Source: Psammoneis japonica (Eukaryota). Taken from it: DNA of 64,000 bases. A program made the position numbers and the translations under genes. The notes beneath the pieces are model-generated. The model was not told the DNA's origin. It saw only the letters and a list, made by a program, of their open reading frames with translations, and ran no database searches. Position 1 is the first letter of the stretch. Every line of letters starts with the position of its first letter. Below are positions 12,554 through 25,400 of the stretch, piece by piece. The stretch spans positions 558,001-622,000 of the forward strand of contig QPGO01000009.1 in assembly GCA_008632985.1 (NCBI GenBank), written 5' to 3'.

Positions 12554-13708
12554 ATGACTGCTTCAAAGTTTCGGATTGTTCAAGTATGGATTGCTATGAT
12601 TTTCTTCCTCGGGGCGATTCACTGGCATTTTCTGGATAATAATGGATTCGTTAATGACCTTGTTGCGCAGGCGGAACAGCATGAGAAAGAAGAATCAAAA
12701 GAAATTTGTGCCGGTTGGGATACAAACATGGATGCATGGTGGACTCACCATCCCGACTACGAAGTCTCACACGAGAACGAGACTGGCTATTGCTTCTCAC
12801 TCATAACGGACAAGAGAAAGGCTGAATTCTTTCGCCATCTTTACCAAGTTCAATACAAAAGCAATTGCTCCAATGCGCGAACAGTAAAAATGGAGTCGAA
12901 CGGCTGGGGTGCAACCTTCAATATGGTCGACGAGGGCCTTCTCTACGCATACGAAAATAACCAGCCAATCGCAGTATATCCAACCAAGGGACGATGGCAC
13001 TATGCTGCCAAAAAGGATGCTAGCAAGCCTGTTTGTAAACGCAAGGACATGTCGTGCTACTTTCTCAATGTAACATCCTGTCAAGCTAATCCAAACAAGA
13101 TTGAAAACCTAAAACCCAAGGGGGACTTTACGGTGAATTCACACCATGGCCGTTGGAGTTACGAATATGCCACACGTGGTCAAACTTGGTTGAGACGAGA
13201 AGTGTACAAAATGACGGCCTCGACAAAGCTTGTTACGCCGTGCACTGTCATGCACGTTCGTCGGACAGATGTTCTGCTAGAGGGGAAAGAAAGAGGGAAG
13301 CACCGTAAATACCATGATATCACGGAGTATGTCCAGGGGGCTGGGAAGAACCTGACGGATAATATCTTTCTTCTCACGGACGATCAAAATGCCATAGAGG
13401 AAGCGACAACGGAGTTTCCTCAGTACAACTGGATGTTTCTGAATCGACCTCGAAACAGGGGAATAGAGGGCGGTTTTGAAGGACATATTCCCTCCGACGA
13501 TCCAAAGTTTGAGGTCGTAGTCATTCTCGCCACTCTTCTGTTAGTGAAGCATTGTGAGACGTTTGTATACGCAAGAAGCAGGTTCGCTACACAAATTCGA
13601 AGTAGCATGCCTGGTGCCAAGATGATCTATCTCGACGAGGGCAAGCAAATTTATTTCGATAACTCTGTAAATGAGACTGCGATCCAGACAAAGTCACATC
13701 CTGGGTAG
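12554..13708 (+). CDS. GT23/FUT8-like alpha-fucosyltransferase, copy 2
   Basis: Near-identical to copy 1, with a 9-bp in-frame insertion (NGF); intact. Confidence 0.8.
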   Translation: MTASKFRIVQVWIAMIFFLGAIHWHFLDNNGFVNDLVAQAEQHEKEESKEICAGWDTNMDAWWTHHPDYEVSHENETGYCFSLITDKRKAEFFRHLYQVQYKSNCSNARTVKMESNGWGATFNMVDEGLLYAYENNQPIAVYPTKGRWHYAAKKDASKPVCKRKDMSCYFLNVTSCQANPNKIENLKPKGDFTVNSHHGRWSYEYATRGQTWLRREVYKMTASTKLVTPCTVMHVRRTDVLLEGKERGKHRKYHDITEYVQGAGKNLTDNIFLLTDDQNAIEEATTEFPQYNWMFLNRPRNRGIEGGFEGHIPSDDPKFEVVVILATLLLVKHCETFVYARSRFATQIRSSMPGAKMIYLDEGKQIYFDNSVNETAIQTKSHPG

Positions 13709-14306
13709 TACTCGGTAACAGTATTCGGGTGCATTTCCCACACTACTCTAGAGTGAATTTAGATAGATTTACCATACAATGTACTTCTCTAGAGAATTGC
13801 TCATGAAAGAATTGGACCTCATCGTTCGGAATCGTCTGGTCTCGCCACTGCGGACTCTTTTTGAAAATTTGACAAGACAGTACAAATGCAGCAGATTGGA
13901 CCTAGCAAACAGAAAGGCAAGTACAATTCAAAACACCCGATGAACCAAACTGACTGCGACTGCAGATGAGAGGGCTGCAAGCCAACGAAGACAGGGCATT
14001 GAACCAGATCGTGTCCGCATCATCCTCAGTCAGAGCTGACAGAGCCGCGGGAACAAGGAACCGGCCATCGCTAACATGGGTCCCCACCATCGACAACTTC
14101 CACATCGGAGACAGAGTGAGGATCATCAACACACTGTGATGCCAGCATTCGGCAGAAAGTCAGCAACCCAACAGGACTGCGTTGGTGCCGTGACCAAGAC
14201 AACTGCTCACCTGAGAGCCCCAAACAATGTGGGGTTCCTGTCAGACTAAAAATGTCAGAGCCAAGACTGGACACAGCACCCAGAACCACTGACCGCACAC
14301 CAGAGA

Positions 14307-15415
14307 AACTTTGTCCAATCAGAGCCATGGGGGAAGGAAGCAACGAAAGCAAGAGGGTGGCAAATTCACATGCGATGCATCAGCCAACAAGGACACATTC
14401 ATGAAGATGACTGGGATCATCACCGAGTCCATTGGATGGGAGTGTGATGATGCTGGAGAGTTCTGCACTGGGGCGGTTGCCCTCAGACTGAATGGTCTCA
14501 TTCTTGTCCTGCTTGACCCTGACCCAGTGGCCGGAACAGCTGTCCTGAAAAATGGAAACTTGTGCACAAGACCCATCAGCCAAAGCCTTTGCATTGACAC
14601 TGAGACAGTGTTCCCAGGCACTGCGCAACTGTGTGGAGGCCCATGAAGATTGGGTGGCTGCCAACGAGAACTCCAACATTGTCGAACTGCTTCAGATCAT
14701 CTGAGCCTGCATGATGCAGCATCAGACAAGGAGACATCCTGTGCATGCCATCATTGAGGCAGAGTTGGAGGTGCTGCTGTTCAAGCAAGGATGGCTCATG
14801 TCTGCCAGCAACTGCTTTGAGTGATTCAAAGATTCCGCAGGGATGGCGGAACATCTTGGGGGCAACATTGGATGCCAGCAGTTCCAAGCAGTGGCAAGGC
14901 TTGCTTTGATGGTGGTTGATGCCAATGTTCCCACCAACAAGGAGTGGGTCCAAGCCAGGCAGAAGTGCATGACAAACACCTGGGCATGCTCTTCCTGCCA
15001 AACAGCAACAAGTGCAGGTTTGGCAACCTCATCTGTGACCTGAGAAATTGAGAAAACAAGTGCACCAGGGGGACAGACAAGCATCCCGTCACACTCAATG
15101 CAGCACACAATTTCCTGGTCAACTGCCAAGCACCACATCACCCTGGGACACACAGCACAGACCAACATGAGATGGCTTTCCTTGCTGATGGTGATTGCCC
15201 TGGGCAAGGACGTCACCAGGACATGGGGGTGGACACATGCCCGGGGACAAAGCCCAGGATGTGGGTGAGGTTGAGGAGGCCACAGTGACCCACTGTGCCG
15301 CATGACTGCTGACACCAACAACCTGCCAGCGGATCAGGATGCAGCAGAGCCTGAGGTGAAGGACAATCAAGGTGCAATCAAGGTGGGACGCAGTTCTCAC
15401 CAGACAGTTCCTGTG
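14307..15415 (+). mobile_element. Ty1/copia gag remnant, duplicated copy
   Basis: Near-identical to 9450-10560. Confidence 0.65.
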
Positions 15416-16306
15416 ACCCCGAGAAGTTTGTTGATGGGCACTCATGCACGCTCCAGCAGAGCCAGCCTGAAACCTTCTGTTGGATGCCCATTTCAATCAT
15501 TTGCTGCCACAACATGATTCATGGCTCTTCACAACAGGTGCAAATGAAATGCTTTGCAACAGTCTGGGAAGCACATGCCATGCCCATCTTGCAGTTGATG
15601 CCATTGCAGCTGTGACAGCCAAAACAATGCTCTGTTTGTCCTGAAACCTTCTGTCGGGCACCCATTTTGATTGTTTGACACCACAACAATGTGCGCGGCT
15701 CTTGCTTTGATTGATGTGCACATGATGCTTTGCAATGGTCTTCAGCAGGAAGCACATGCCATGCACAAATGTGCCATTTGTGGGCTGCAGCACAGGTTGA
15801 CGAGCACATGGAAAGTGGTGACATGATTGCCCAAACAAGGGACACAGATCCAAAATCAATGGATTCTCTTCCACCCTCCTTTGCATTGCTCCAAAGGCAA
15901 GAAATCATTGCCACAATGATGATCAGTGTGCCAAAGTTGTTTGGAAAAGTGCCTTGAGTGACTCTGCTTGCAGTGCTGCACCTTCCACTTGGCTTCCAAA
16001 TCTTTGGCAATCTTTGCCATGTTGCCAGTGGGATGGCAGGTGAGATGCAGATGCGCAAAGTGACCAAGAAAAATGAGATGTTGTAAGACGGGTTTCCAAG
16101 AAAAGGTCAAGCAGCTCTTCCATGATTTTCCCATTTCAGCATTCTTGTGTAGACTCCACAGGGTGCTAAACACATTGACAATGAGATCTGATGCAAGTCA
16201 ACTCAAGAACCAAACAATGCTGACTGGACATGCATCCTCAATGGCTTGGCATCCACCTTGACCCAAATTCGGCATCATGGGATGGATGGCATGGCCCATG
16301 AGCAAA

Positions 16307-16640
16307 TCAAAGGCAAACAGCATGGCCCCAGAAGTTCCATGATCCAAACATTGCACTGAATGGACTTTGCACAACAATTGGTGCTTCATCAAACCAACCA
16401 GCATGGCTTGCATTTTGTGCTTCGAGCTGTGTTGTTGCAGTGCTCGACAGCCACGCCGCTGCTTGGTTTGTTGACACACGTCCAATCATTTTCACAATGT
16501 AAAATTGGAACTCTGGGGCAAGTTGTCTTGGACAGAAGCATCATTGACCAGCAGCATGAGAAGCAGCATGGCAAAAATTGCAAAAGCAGCATGATGAAAT
16601 CGTTCATCATTCCGGGCTTTGATGCTCTGCCAGGAGGCAT
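16307..16640 (-). pseudogene. 5' fragment of the RluA pseudouridine synthase, copy 3
   Basis: Aligns to 2082-2414; retains ATG at 16640. Confidence 0.85.
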
Positions 16641-17387
16641 GCTTTTTCAGACCGAGAGGAATGTCATGGTTTTCATGCCTCACACCCTCTGCGAAGTTTC
16701 AACCTACACTGGGGCCTAATGTCCGTGTGACTTCGATGAGTGAGGCCCTTGCACATCCAAAACATGATGTTTATGACACCGGCACAAATGTTGTGTGAGT
16801 GTGAGGTGCACGCATCTTCTCAATTCAACGGTCGACGTTCCTGCCATTTTTCCTTTATTTTCCTCAGGAATGTATACAGTAATATGAATATACAATATTA
16901 GTACTCGTGGAACCAAAAATGCAGAAATCAAAATTTCAAAAAATGAAAAAAACCGTCAACGGATCAACGACACGACACGAATGAAAAGCGAATCAGGTAA
17001 CAAAATACCCATTATTTTATTCTTTTCGAGTCCAAGAACGAGGCGCTTTCTCATTCTACGAAGTAAATCGATTGTCCAATCAGCTGAGAGTTACATTTAG
17101 TACCTTATAAGTTTTCAAAAAGGTGAGTGATGGGAATAGCAGCGATTGCAAGAGTCACCTGTCTTGCATCGGACGAAAACTGCGTTGTTCGTGAGCGGTC
17201 GGAAGAAAGCAATAGTGTTATAGCGTCAAGTGAGATGGTTGCTCTGCACCGTCCATGGAAGAACCAAAAGTCTACCTTGTGAACACAGGCATCGCTCGGG
17301 TTTGTTGGTTGCTTAGCCTAATTCTTCGTTTGGTTGCTTTTTGTGCTCCTTGCTCCCAGAGAATTTTTTTCAGCAACCGCTAAGAAT

Positions 17388-18530
17388 ATGACTGCTTCAA
17401 AGTTTCGGATTGTTCAAGTATGGATTGCTATGATTTTCTTCCTCGGGGCGATTCACTGGCATTTTCTGGATAACGTTAATGACCTTGTTGCGCAGGCGGA
17501 ACAGCATGAGAAAGAAGAATCAAAAGAAATTTGTGCCGGTTGGGATACAAACATGGATGCATGGTGGACTCACCATCCCGACTACGAAGTCTCACACGAG
17601 AACGAGACTGGCTATTGCTTCTCACTCATAACGGACAAGAGAAAGGCTGAATTCTTTCGCCATCTTTACCACGTTCAATACAAAAGCAATTGCTCCAATG
17701 CGCGAACAGTAAAAATGGCGTCGAACGGCTGGGGTGCAACCTTCAATATGGTCGACCAGGGCCTTCTCTACGCATACGAAAATAACCAGCCAATCGCAGT
17801 ATATCCAACCAAGGGACGATGGCACTATGCCGCTAAAAAGGATGCTAGCAAGCCTGTTTGTAAACGCAAGGACATGTCGTGCTACTTTCTCAATGTAACA
17901 TCCTGTCAAGCTAATCCAAACAAGATTGAAAACCTAAAACCCAAGGGGGACTTCACGGTGAATTCACACCATGGCCGTTGGAGTTACGAATATGCCACAC
18001 GTGGTCAAACTTGGTTGAGACGAGAAGTGTACAAAATGACGGCCTCGACAAAGCTTGTTACGCCGTGCACTGTCATGCACGTTCGTCGGACAGATGTTCT
18101 GCTAGAGAAAGAAAGAGGAAAGCACCGTATATACCATAATATCACGGAGTATGTCCAGGGAGCTGGGAAGAACCTAACGGATAATATCTTTCTTCTCACG
18201 GACGATCAAGATGCCATTGAGGAAGCGACAACGGAGTTTCCTCAGTACAACTGGATGTTTTTAAATCGACCTCGAAACAGGGGAATAGAGGGCGGTTTTG
18301 AAGGACATATCCCCTCCGACGATCCAAAGTTTGAGGTCGTAGTCATTCTCGCCACTCTTCAGTTAGTGAAGCATTGTGAGACGTTTGTATACGCAAGAAG
18401 CAGGTTCGCTACACAAATTCGAAGTAGCATGCCTGGTGCCAAGATGATCTATCTCGACGAGGGCAAGCAAATTTATTTCGATAACTCTGTAAACGAGACT
18501 GCGATCCAGACAAAGTCCTATCCTGGGTAG
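17388..18530 (+). CDS. GT23/FUT8-like alpha-fucosyltransferase, copy 3
   Basis: Near-identical to copies 1 and 2, with a one-codon deletion after LLE; intact. Confidence 0.8.
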   Translation: MTASKFRIVQVWIAMIFFLGAIHWHFLDNVNDLVAQAEQHEKEESKEICAGWDTNMDAWWTHHPDYEVSHENETGYCFSLITDKRKAEFFRHLYHVQYKSNCSNARTVKMASNGWGATFNMVDQGLLYAYENNQPIAVYPTKGRWHYAAKKDASKPVCKRKDMSCYFLNVTSCQANPNKIENLKPKGDFTVNSHHGRWSYEYATRGQTWLRREVYKMTASTKLVTPCTVMHVRRTDVLLEKERGKHRIYHNITEYVQGAGKNLTDNIFLLTDDQDAIEEATTEFPQYNWMFLNRPRNRGIEGGFEGHIPSDDPKFEVVVILATLQLVKHCETFVYARSRFATQIRSSMPGAKMIYLDEGKQIYFDNSVNETAIQTKSYPG

Positions 18531-21038
18531 TAATCGGTAACAGTATTCGGATTCATTTCCCACACTACTCTAGAGTGAATTTAGATAGATTTACCATACA
18601 ATGTACTTCTCTAGAGAATTGCTCATGAAAGAATTGGACCTCATCGTTCGGAATCGTCTGGTCTCGCCACTGCGGACTCTTTTTGAAAATTTGACAAGAC
18701 AGTACAAATGCAGCAGATTGGACCTAGTAAACAGAAAGGCAAATGCAATTCAAAACACTCGATGACTCCCTCCTTGGCTTGGTGGGAATCTTATTGAACG
18801 ATACCTATTGACACTTGCCAGCTCAGCAAAAAAAGGGAGGATGAACGAAATTGATTGCATGCGGCGTTTGAGGAGGTCTTCGATTGGAGCTGCTGCATTG
18901 TACAATCCGGTAAGCGCGTCTGAACTCGAGCGACTCAAAATTACGTTCCTTCGTTTCAAATTGATTACAATGCCCTGATGAGGAGTTTGGCTCTATCACA
19001 TGCACATCTACTTGCTAAAAACAGTTCCCGTTTCTAGTGTGTCTATCTCAAAACAATTGTTTGGCGAAGACGATCGATGGCATTGTGTGCCACGATGCGC
19101 TTGTGGTGACAAAGGTAATTCTCCTTCTCGAGACGCTCAATCTCTTAGCGTGACTCATTATTCCAGTTGTGAAGGCGCTCTTTCTCACGGCGTTCCCTGT
19201 CACGCTGATGGCGATGCCAGTCTCCAACTTGCTTCCACCATCCTGGAAACTGGTTGGCCTGCTGAGAGGCAAGGTGAATGAGGCTGGAGACTGGAGCTGT
19301 CTTTGATCAGACTCGCTTTCTGTCCCACACATGACAAAGCTCTGGAAGAAAAAGTCTCCGGTGCAGGACCCCAGGGTGATTGTCTTTGACTGCTTGCGCC
19401 AGTCTTCAATCGTTCACAGAGAAGCACACAAAACAGCCCAGTCAGCTGCAATGATGTTGTCAATGCATTTGTGCATGTCCACAGCACCTTGATGGTCAAG
19501 GTGGATCTTGCCAAGTTAATCATCACAGTTGACCTCTGCCAAATCAGTTTCAACATTGGCAGACCTGTGCATGCCAACGTTGCAGTGAGTCGCCGAGAAT
19601 GGGCACTTTTTGCATGATGCATTTGCCACAGCCCATCAGGCCCTCACCTTTCAGCAAGATGGAGTGGAGGTCCATAGTCTGTGGACAAACAATGGTCATG
19701 ATTGGCAGTTGTGCACAGGCCACCAAAGCCAGCAGCAAAACAATGACAAGGCTCATTTTTGATTCAGGGGCAGCAAGCATGGCTGGGCCACCATGTCATG
19801 TTCATCCAAGATGCAGGCAAGAACACAAACTGCATTGAATGACAAAGTTGAGATTGTTGATGCACCCTCATTTTGTCTCCCACGATGCCGGCCTCAAAGC
19901 TGCATGCGAAGAAGTTTGGAGAAGACTGCTGCTTCTGGGGCGCACTCGTTTGGCAGACCAGACAAGAAGTTGGTGGTGCTGCTCATTGTCAAAAAGAATC
20001 TTGTTTGCAGCTGATGCCCAATCAACAGATGGCATGTTTTCCAGTGCCTTGTTCTGGCCAAGAGAGCGCTGCTTGCTCTGTGCTGCTTTTTGCAAGATGC
20101 CAACATCTCCAAGAAGCTGTTTGCTGGCTTGTTTGCGTCTCTGACAGTGTTTTTGAGTTGTTTTGTCCCCACATGCACTGCCTGGGACACTGGCCATGTT
20201 TAACTTGCAGATCTCTGTCACCATTGTTGGGCCAAAGCTCCTCTCTCTGACTGCAGGTGAGCTCTCAAGAGGTCCTTTTTTGTCCGCACAAGTGTCTGGA
20301 AAACACCCCCAGCCCCACTTTGGTGCAGTGACGTGGCACTCCTGCCAGATTTTTTTTGCATGGTTCACACTGTGCATCATCCCCACACAGACAAGAGAGA
20401 TGATTTTTCATTGTGGGGGGTGAAAAGTGCACAGGCGGGTTGCACCCCACGCTCCTCCTCACAAGCAAATGTGGCCGAGCAAGGCTGAGCAAGAAGTTTG
20501 TTCTTCTTGTGTGTCATGTCTCCATTGTGGCGAATGTCACACACAAGTTTTTGAGCCACGTGCAGCTGGCTAGACAGACCAGAGCACATGGCCATGACCG
20601 CACTCTGGCTAGAAGAGGTTGAAAGAACCCTTCGACCTCGTCCCTCCGATTGCTCATGCGCCGAAGTGTGGCATCGCACGTCACCAAAAATTCTTGCACC
20701 GCCGCGGCGGTGCGCCCAGCAGGTAGCAGGTTGAAGTTGCCGCAGATTCATTTTCAAGACGCACGCATTATGTATTTATCGCGAATCATCATCAATCATC
20801 CCTTCGGCGGCCTGTCGGCTATCGTTCTCGGCGCTTCTGGTTTCTGTTTTGGAGTCTTGCGACGACTCTTGCCAGAATACAGTAACAGGCAACGACAGCA
20901 ATCGCAGTTCAAAAGGCCTTGCTGGTTTGTCTGTGTTACCATCAAAGCAATTCCGTCCGTACAACCTGATTATTCTTTCCTCCTTTGAAACCGCATCCGG
21001 CACCAAGCATAACGAGGGCATTTCTGTGACACAATACT

Positions 21039-21977
21039 ATGAGTGATCGCACTAACAAATTCCCATCCGACAAAAAGACTGGTGGAATGGATAGCAGGGC
21101 ATCGGCGAGACGAGGAAAGCGTGACAACAAGAATTCATGGACGGCGGCCGCAGGCGAATCATCCGCTGCTTATGCTACAACTGACGCAGAAGAGTCGTCG
21201 TCTCGTGCCCAAAAGGCAGAAGCATCTCGTCGTAAGCAAAGCTCAGCTGCTGCTCATGCCGCTCCACTTTGTCGTTTCTTTGCCTTGCATGGAGACTGTC
21301 GATATGGTGAAGATTGTCGCTTTTCCCATACTCTACCACAGGGCGGCCTGATTGAAGCACGAAAGCAAATCCCGTGTCGATTTTATCTGCAGGGGAATTG
21401 TCGCTATGGTGATTACTGTGAATTCCGTCACGATGCCACGAAACCAAAGCACACATGCGGTATTTGTTTCGAAGCAGTTGGAAATGCCTACAATAGGCGC
21501 TTTGGGCTCTTGGAGGGTTGTAATCATGTGTATTGCATGGACTGCATCATGTCGTGGAGAACCGAAGGATCGAGCGAAGCGGAAGATCGACGAGTGTGCC
21601 CCTCGTGTCGCAAAAAAAGCCTTTACATTATTCCTTCTTGGGAGTATTGTGTTGGTGAAGAGAAGGAGCAAGTCATGAATGACTACAAGGCAAGATTGGC
21701 CGTTCTTCCATGCAAGCACTTTGACGGAACTCCTGGATCTTGCCCGTTTGGAAGAGACTGCTTTTATGCGCACCTTCAAGGTAACAAGGATGTCAAGTCA
21801 GAGGAAAAGTCCATGGAAGAACTACAAAATGCTCGTGAGGAAAGAAGACGACAACGTCATGAAATGGATGATATACAAATCATTCAAATGTTTCTCATGT
21901 TGATGGAGCTTAGTTTGGAAGAGCAGGAAGAATCGGATGACTGGAGAGACAGCGACTATGAAGATGATGAATACTGA
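21039..21977 (+). CDS. MKRN: Makorin-type E3 ubiquitin ligase (CCCH zinc fingers + RING)
   Basis: Two CCCH fingers (CRFF..GDCRYGEDCRFSH, CRFY..GNCRYGDYCEFRH), RING CGIC..FGLLEGCNHVYCMDCIMSWR..CPSCR, and C-terminal CKHF..GSCPFGRDCFYAH. Confidence 0.92.
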   Translation: MSDRTNKFPSDKKTGGMDSRASARRGKRDNKNSWTAAAGESSAAYATTDAEESSSRAQKAEASRRKQSSAAAHAAPLCRFFALHGDCRYGEDCRFSHTLPQGGLIEARKQIPCRFYLQGNCRYGDYCEFRHDATKPKHTCGICFEAVGNAYNRRFGLLEGCNHVYCMDCIMSWRTEGSSEAEDRRVCPSCRKKSLYIIPSWEYCVGEEKEQVMNDYKARLAVLPCKHFDGTPGSCPFGRDCFYAHLQGNKDVKSEEKSMEELQNAREERRRQRHEMDDIQIIQMFLMLMELSLEEQEESDDWRDSDYEDDEY

Positions 21978-22649
21978 TATGCTACGGTTGTTGAGGATTG
22001 AGGATGCTAGTGGTGGGAACGTTGGTTTTTGTAGAATCTTAATTTTAAACTGGACTTGTATGTAGTTGTCTGTGCAGTCTAGCTAGCTTTGCCGATTGAC
22101 TACATACGACACTCCTTGGTGATCTTTCATCTGTTCTCCATGCACAGTTTTGACATGACTCTCGGGCAAGCTCATTATGGCTTGACACGAAAGCGACCCC
22201 GGTTCAAATGCTCTGGATGTTCGCTGAGCCGCAAAAGCAGTGGGCCAACAAGGAAGCGTTGCACCTGTCCCTTCTATGCATCAAGCAATGCCACACATGA
22301 CATTCAACGCTGGTAGTCTATCACTCCTATAGTTCGATGGTTAGAGTATATACAATCTACCTGTCTCTTTCGACATGTCGTTCTACAGCATCTACCATCT
22401 GAATAATGCATAGGGAATCTAAAACAAGGGAGGGTTCACCTTCGTATTCCCGAACGAGAAGCTCCTTCATTTCTACAAAATGTTTCAAACTATTCGCTGG
22501 TGTATCTTGCATGCACATGAATCTCAGCTTGTTAGAGCATGACAAACGACAAAAAGGATGATGAACAATCGATTCGCAGCTTTGTCACAAACAACGAACG
22601 AACATGCTTTCGATTCACCCAAAGTATGGAAGCGAATCAATCGATCATG

Positions 22650-24060
22650 TTAAAGATTGGTCCAGCATGGCGCTGTGCCAATGGTGATGCCGACACCAGC
22701 TTCAATAAACCTGGCCTTCACCATGTGGAAAAGGCACCACTGGTGGGCAGCAGACTTGACTGCCCAAAGTTTAAGGGCTCGAGATTTGCTGACCTTGGTC
22801 TTTTGAGTGGGATCATTTTCAAACTGCAGGCTCTCCTCTGGCACCTTTCCATGAGTGTGCAAGTGCTTTGAAATGTCAGATGAGATGCACTTGATTCTTG
22901 CTGCACCCAGAAGCCCAGCACCAGAGCAGCTCTTGTCCTGTTCTTTCAGCTTGAACATTCCATTAGAGACAGTCTTGATGAAGTGACCCAAGTTCAGCAA
23001 TTGTTGCACAAGATGCTCCACAGTCAGGCCAATGATGTCAGGGCAGATGAAACCAATTGCTCCCCTGGTGTTGCCATCTGTGACAACTTCTTCATTGGCA
23101 AAATTGCCTCATCATCTGGTCCTCAAAACAATCCATTTTCATCACACTGGAGAAATCTTGCAGTGTTGATGTGTGTGCACTCTTCTGCCATGGCCAGACC
23201 ATGTGCCGGCACTTGTGTTTTGACAACATTTGCCCTTGTGCTCCAGCGAGCAAGCACTTGCAACCAATGGCTTGCAGTTTTTCTTCTCAAGCTGTTCTGT
23301 CATTTTGGCTGTGCATTTCTGACATGACATCTGATTGTTCCAGACAAAGATTGGCTTGCCAGTGACAAAACTGAACACCATCAAATGGTGTTGGTTGCCT
23401 TTTGTTTTGTGTGCATGCACTCTTGTGGCACTGTTGCCATCACTGGCAGTTGCACCCCTTGCAATTTGATGATTGTTGCCTTCCTTGTCAATGAATGTGA
23501 TGTTGCCCTTGTGCCCAGGGCTGTTTCTGCACTCTTGAACAAACTCCTTTTGACTGCACTCCAGCATTTCTGGAGACAACATCAAACTCTGGCCCTTTGC
23601 ACTGTTGTGCAGTTTGTGCAGAGTTGATCAACTGGGGTGCACAGTGCCACCTTTCTCTCCACAGAAATCAGTTTTTTTCTGAGGAAGAATTGCTGCTGCA
23701 ATGCCACCAACTTTACATCAGAAGAGGTGGGGCCCAGTCTTCCATCTTCATGCCTGGCAACTGGACAACAGCTGTGCTTTTCCAATGCAGTGCTGCAGCC
23801 CCTGCAATGGCAGAAGTTGAGAATGAGACTCCAAGTGATTTTGGTGCAACAAATTGTTTCCCATTTGGCACATCTGCAATGTTGCACATGTGTTGTGGCA
23901 CACACCATCCAATCAAAATTGCACTCAATGCCAATGAACTTGTGACCAACTCTCTGCCAGAATCAGCTTTGCTTTCACTGCCAGCTTCATCATTGCTGTT
24001 GGTGCATGCTGGATGGCAGGGGAGCATGCTTTTTGAGTTGGAATGACAAGGAGGGGGTGG
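22650..24060 (-). mobile_element. Mutator-like transposase remnant
   Basis: SDG..TRVHAH..GNQH..VFSFVTGKP..SCQKC, HKGKC, EEVVTDGNTRG and GHFIK across broken frames resemble Mutator-like DDE transposases. Confidence 0.5.
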
Positions 24061-24879
24061 CACTCATGCTGGAGTGGCAGCACCTGATTGGCTGCTGGAA
24101 ATCACTGGGGGGCACTGGTTGTCACTGGGGTGCTGGCAGTCACTCAACAAGCGGCAGCCACTTGAACAGCAATTGCCAGAGGGGCCAGAGTCACTGCTGG
24201 AACATTGGGAAGGGCATGAGACAATGAGGTGGCCTTGAGGCAGCATTCACTGGGGTGGTGGCAGTCACTGGAGTGGCAGTCACTTGGGTGGTGAGCACCG
24301 GTGGGGCATGGGCCACTGCTGGTGCAATGGAAGCACAGTGGGAACAGCATGATTTGACCACACACCTGCACCATGAGCGGCAGAGGAAGAGGTCTGGGGT
24401 GGAAGAGACCAAGGCTGAGGAGGTGGCCAAAGCAGAAGCAACTGGTGCATGAGTTGCATTGCCCACTTGCAGTCTCTGTTTGAAACTGCAACAGCGTGTT
24501 AAAGCGTCTCACAACTCATGGTGGAAAAGCAAGTGCCATTACACTTCAGCATGGGCAAAGGCATTTTGACCAAACAAGAATGACCACAACAAGCCGCAAT
24601 GCCAAACAGTCAAGTCAAAGGCAAGAACGGTTTGCACCACATGGAAGAATGGAGCAACGGCTGCTAGAGACTGCCAATGCCGCACCAGTGCAAAGACCAA
24701 GCTTTGGTGGAAACAAAAAGATGCATTGTGGCTTGTTTTGCCATTCTAAATTGTTGCAGGTTATTTGCAAAAAGATGACAAACACCATGTGATGCACTGG
24801 ATGTGTCTCATGTGCTCGCACAGCCCATGCTCCTTGAAACCCGTTGTTCCAAATGCTGTGTAAAGAGAACAATGTTCAT

Positions 24880-25400
24880 TTCTTCAAAATTTCTGGTTTG
24901 GTCTTGACAACAAGGCAATGGAGGTTTGGGTTGTTGCCAACCAGTGCCAACACTTTGGTCCACATAACATCAGGAACGGAGTCATGATGCAACAACAGCA
25001 AAATGCACTGCAACAGCTCACGGCCCCTTTCAACCTCAGATTGTAGCTCCTTGCCAATGCTGCCCCACGGTTCCCAAGGAACAACCTTCATGTTTCCCTT
25101 CACGCCATCCACCATGGCTGCCTTCCCACAACATGCTCAAAAGTTCGATTGTGATGTTTTTCACAAGCATCTGTCCAAGGGCTTTTGCACCACCATCTCC
25201 AATGTTGTTGCCACAAAGAAAAACAGCAACAATGGATGAGTTTTCATGCATGCACCTGGCCAATGCTTTGGCTCATTTCTGCCCAATGTGACAATCATCT
25301 AACACCAAATCTGTCAGAGTGCGATTTTTCAGTGACAGTTGTCCAATGTGTTCTGCACCTTGACAGCCAATTGCATTTCCCATGAGGCAGACATCACCAA
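24880..25400 (-). pseudogene. RNI-like leucine-rich-repeat gene remnant
   Basis: VFLCGNNIGDGGAKALGQMLVKNITIELL and LGNRGAALAR; frameshifted. Confidence 0.6.

Larger units (their letters stand above)
7100..18766 (+). repeat. tandem segmental duplication, period about 4.86 kb (GT23 gene + Copia remnant + RluA 5' fragment)
   Basis: Near-identical sequence at offset about 4857 (e.g. 9454 vs 14311). Three GT copies and two spacer copies. Homology with the third unit ends at GATGA, about 9085/13942/18766. Confidence 0.95.
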
